From positions 1 through 44,880 of the forward strand of contig CAZATK010000002.1 of NCBI GenBank assembly GCA_964488085.1: a DNA stretch of 44,880 nt. Direction: 5' to 3'. The first letter of the stretch is position 1. Every line of letters begins with the position of its first letter. The stretch is from an uncultured Candidatus Saccharibacteria bacterium. Its GTDB lineage: Bacteria; Patescibacteriota; Minisyncoccia; UBA6257; UBA11618. The notes under the pieces are model-generated. The model was not told the origin of the DNA, ran no database searches, and saw nothing but the letters and a program-made list of their open reading frames with translations. Of the stretch, positions 43,515 to 44,880 are shown piece after piece. The translations under genes were made by a program, and so were the position numbers.

Positions 43515-44594
43515 CTAGCAAATTACTCCCCCACCCAGCAATTCTTTGTCTTTACTATAAAAAACAGCAGATTGTCCCGGAGCAATAAATTTTTGAGGCC
43601 TATCAAATAATAATTTACCATCTTTAAATAATTTAGCTTGTGCGAGCGGTTGTCGATATCTAACTCTGGCAAAAATTTTAACCGGACTATTGATAATTCT
43701 AGAATTAAGAAAATTTATTTTTTCTAACATAACTTCTTTTTTATAGAGGGCCGAATTTTTCTTCCCTTCCGCAACTGTTAATGTGTTTTTCTCTGAATTT
43801 TTTTCAGCTACATATAACGGTGATTTTGTACCGCCAATATTTAATCCGTGGCGTTGGCCGATAGTATAAAAATGAGAGCCGTCGTGTTCCCCTATTATTT
43901 TTCCAGAAGTAGTTAAAATTTCACCTCTTTTTTCTGGAATGTATTGTTTTAAAAAATCTTTTAAAGTTATTTTGCCCAAAAAACAAATCCCCTGCGAATC
44001 CTTTTTCTCCGATGTTAAAAGGTTGAATTTTTTGGCTAATTTTCTGACTTCTGATTTTTTATAATCACCTATAGGGAAAAGACAGCGTTTTAATTGTTTT
44101 TGAGTTAATGTCCAAAGAAAATAGGACTGATCTTTATTGGTATCGCGTGCAATTTTCAATGTATAATTTTCTCCGCCAGCTGGCGGATTCAATTTAGGTA
44201 TTTTTTTTGAAAATTTTCTAACATAGTGTCCAGTAGCGATGTAATCTGCTCCAAGTGACAATGCTTTTTTTAAAAAAAGACCAAACTTGATTTCTTTATT
44301 ACACATAACATCGGGATTGGGCGTTAATCCCTTTTTGTATTCTTCAACCATATAGCGGACAACTTTTTCCTTATACTCTTTTTCTAAATCAAAAACATAA
44401 AAAGGAATATCTAATTGTTCGGCAACACGTCTGGCGTCTTCGGCATCTTTTTTTTCGCAACCGTCTATATTAAAGCACTTAATATGGGCCCCAATCACAT
44501 CAAATCCCTGTTGTTTTAAAAGCGCGGTGGCCACAGAGCTGTCCACTCCTCCGCTCATGGCGACAAAAACCTTTTTTGCTTTTAGAGACTTCAT
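43515..44594 (-). CDS. mnmA: tRNA 2-thiouridine(34) synthase
   Basis: VAMSGGVDSSVA PP-loop and catalytic Cys contexts. Start set at MKSLKAKK. Confidence 0.92.
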   Translation of the reverse strand: MKSLKAKKVFVAMSGGVDSSVATALLKQQGFDVIGAHIKCFNIDGCEKKDAEDARRVAEQLDIPFYVFDLEKEYKEKVVRYMVEEYKKGLTPNPDVMCNKEIKFGLFLKKALSLGADYIATGHYVRKFSKKIPKLNPPAGGENYTLKIARDTNKDQSYFLWTLTQKQLKRCLFPIGDYKKSEVRKLAKKFNLLTSEKKDSQGICFLGKITLKDFLKQYIPEKRGEILTTSGKIIGEHDGSHFYTIGQRHGLNIGGTKSPLYVAEKNSEKNTLTVAEGKKNSALYKKEVMLEKINFLNSRIINSPVKIFARVRYRQPLAQAKLFKDGKLLFDRPQKFIAPGQSAVFYSKDKELLGGGVIC

Positions 44595-44664
44595 TTTATT
44601 AATTATTTTATTATTTATTTTGCCAATTACCCAAAATAACACAGCATTTATTTTCAGTCAAAAT

Positions 44665-44698
44665 ATAGCACTTTTCCACGATCGTGGAAAAGTGCTAT
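44665..44698. repeat. perfect 34-nt palindrome centred on CGATCG in the mnmA/efp divergent region
   Basis: atagcacttttccacga|tcgtggaaaagtgctat. Confidence 0.85.
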
Positions 44699-44738
44699 GT
44701 TTTGATTTTATTGATATCTCTATTATCTCTATGCTAAA

Positions 44739-44880
44739 ATGTCTTTCACTATGCTTGATTATAATGATTTAAGAATAGGTACCGTCTTTATTTACGAAGG
44801 CGCTCCGTACGAAGTTTTGGAATACTCTTTTGTAAGAATGCAACAAAGAAAGGCTGTGGCTCAAGTTAAAATGAAAAATT
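44739..44880 (+). CDS. efp: elongation factor P (5' partial; the start may be 44751)
   Basis: My own translation: MSFTMLDYNDLRIGTVFIYEGAPYEVLEYSFVRMQQRKAVAQVKMKN. It matches the EF-P domain I pattern and runs off the window. Confidence 0.85.
   Translation, partial: MSFTMLDYNDLRIGTVFIYEGAPYEVLEYSFVRMQQRKAVAQVKMKN

Overview
AT-rich, tightly packed bacterial window. Counted 60-nt lines run from about 20% GC in intergenic flanks to about 45-60% in a few outlier genes. Nearly all of it is housekeeping: a partial dcw/peptidoglycan cluster (dac, mraY, ftsW, murG, M23 peptidase), translation genes (gltX, aspS, lepA, prfB, def, fmt, efp, rpmA, rplI, mnmA, ychF), ftsEX, dnaX, pgk, ndk, sod, RNase HI, a DEAD-box helicase and comEC. 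Many proteins are shortened versions of their families: RF2 lacks domain 1, AspRS lacks the GAD insertion, DnaX, YchF and Pgk are short, and ComEC is split. With the low GC, this suggests a reduced genome of the CPR/Patescibacteria (Parcubacteria-like) type; that is inference, not a database result. RNA genes found by eye are tRNA-Gln(UUG), tRNA-Gln(CUG), tRNA-Thr(CGU), tRNA-Gly(CCC) and a type-A-like RNase P RNA. I found no CRISPR array, transposase, integrase, reverse transcriptase or recognisable defence operon. The unexplained signal is non-coding or compositional. (1) A ~60% GC orphan ORF at 38.8-39.2 kb has its own consensus promoter and double terminator. (2) At least three GC-rich multi-helix elements match no RNA family I recognise (627-900, 6043-6231, 39357-39487). 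(3) An 18-bp long-range helix buries the RBS of a DHH phosphoesterase gene. (4) tRNA 5'-half-like fragments fused to GC palindromes sit around tRNA-Thr and tRNA-Gly. (5) A tRNA-Gln is followed 2 nt later by an ATG. (6) There are perfect 34-38 nt palindromes centred on CGATCG. (7) Heptanucleotide tandem repeats lie inside lepA and fmt. All functional calls rest on motifs read from the translations, and all RNA structures are hand-paired and need computational confirmation.
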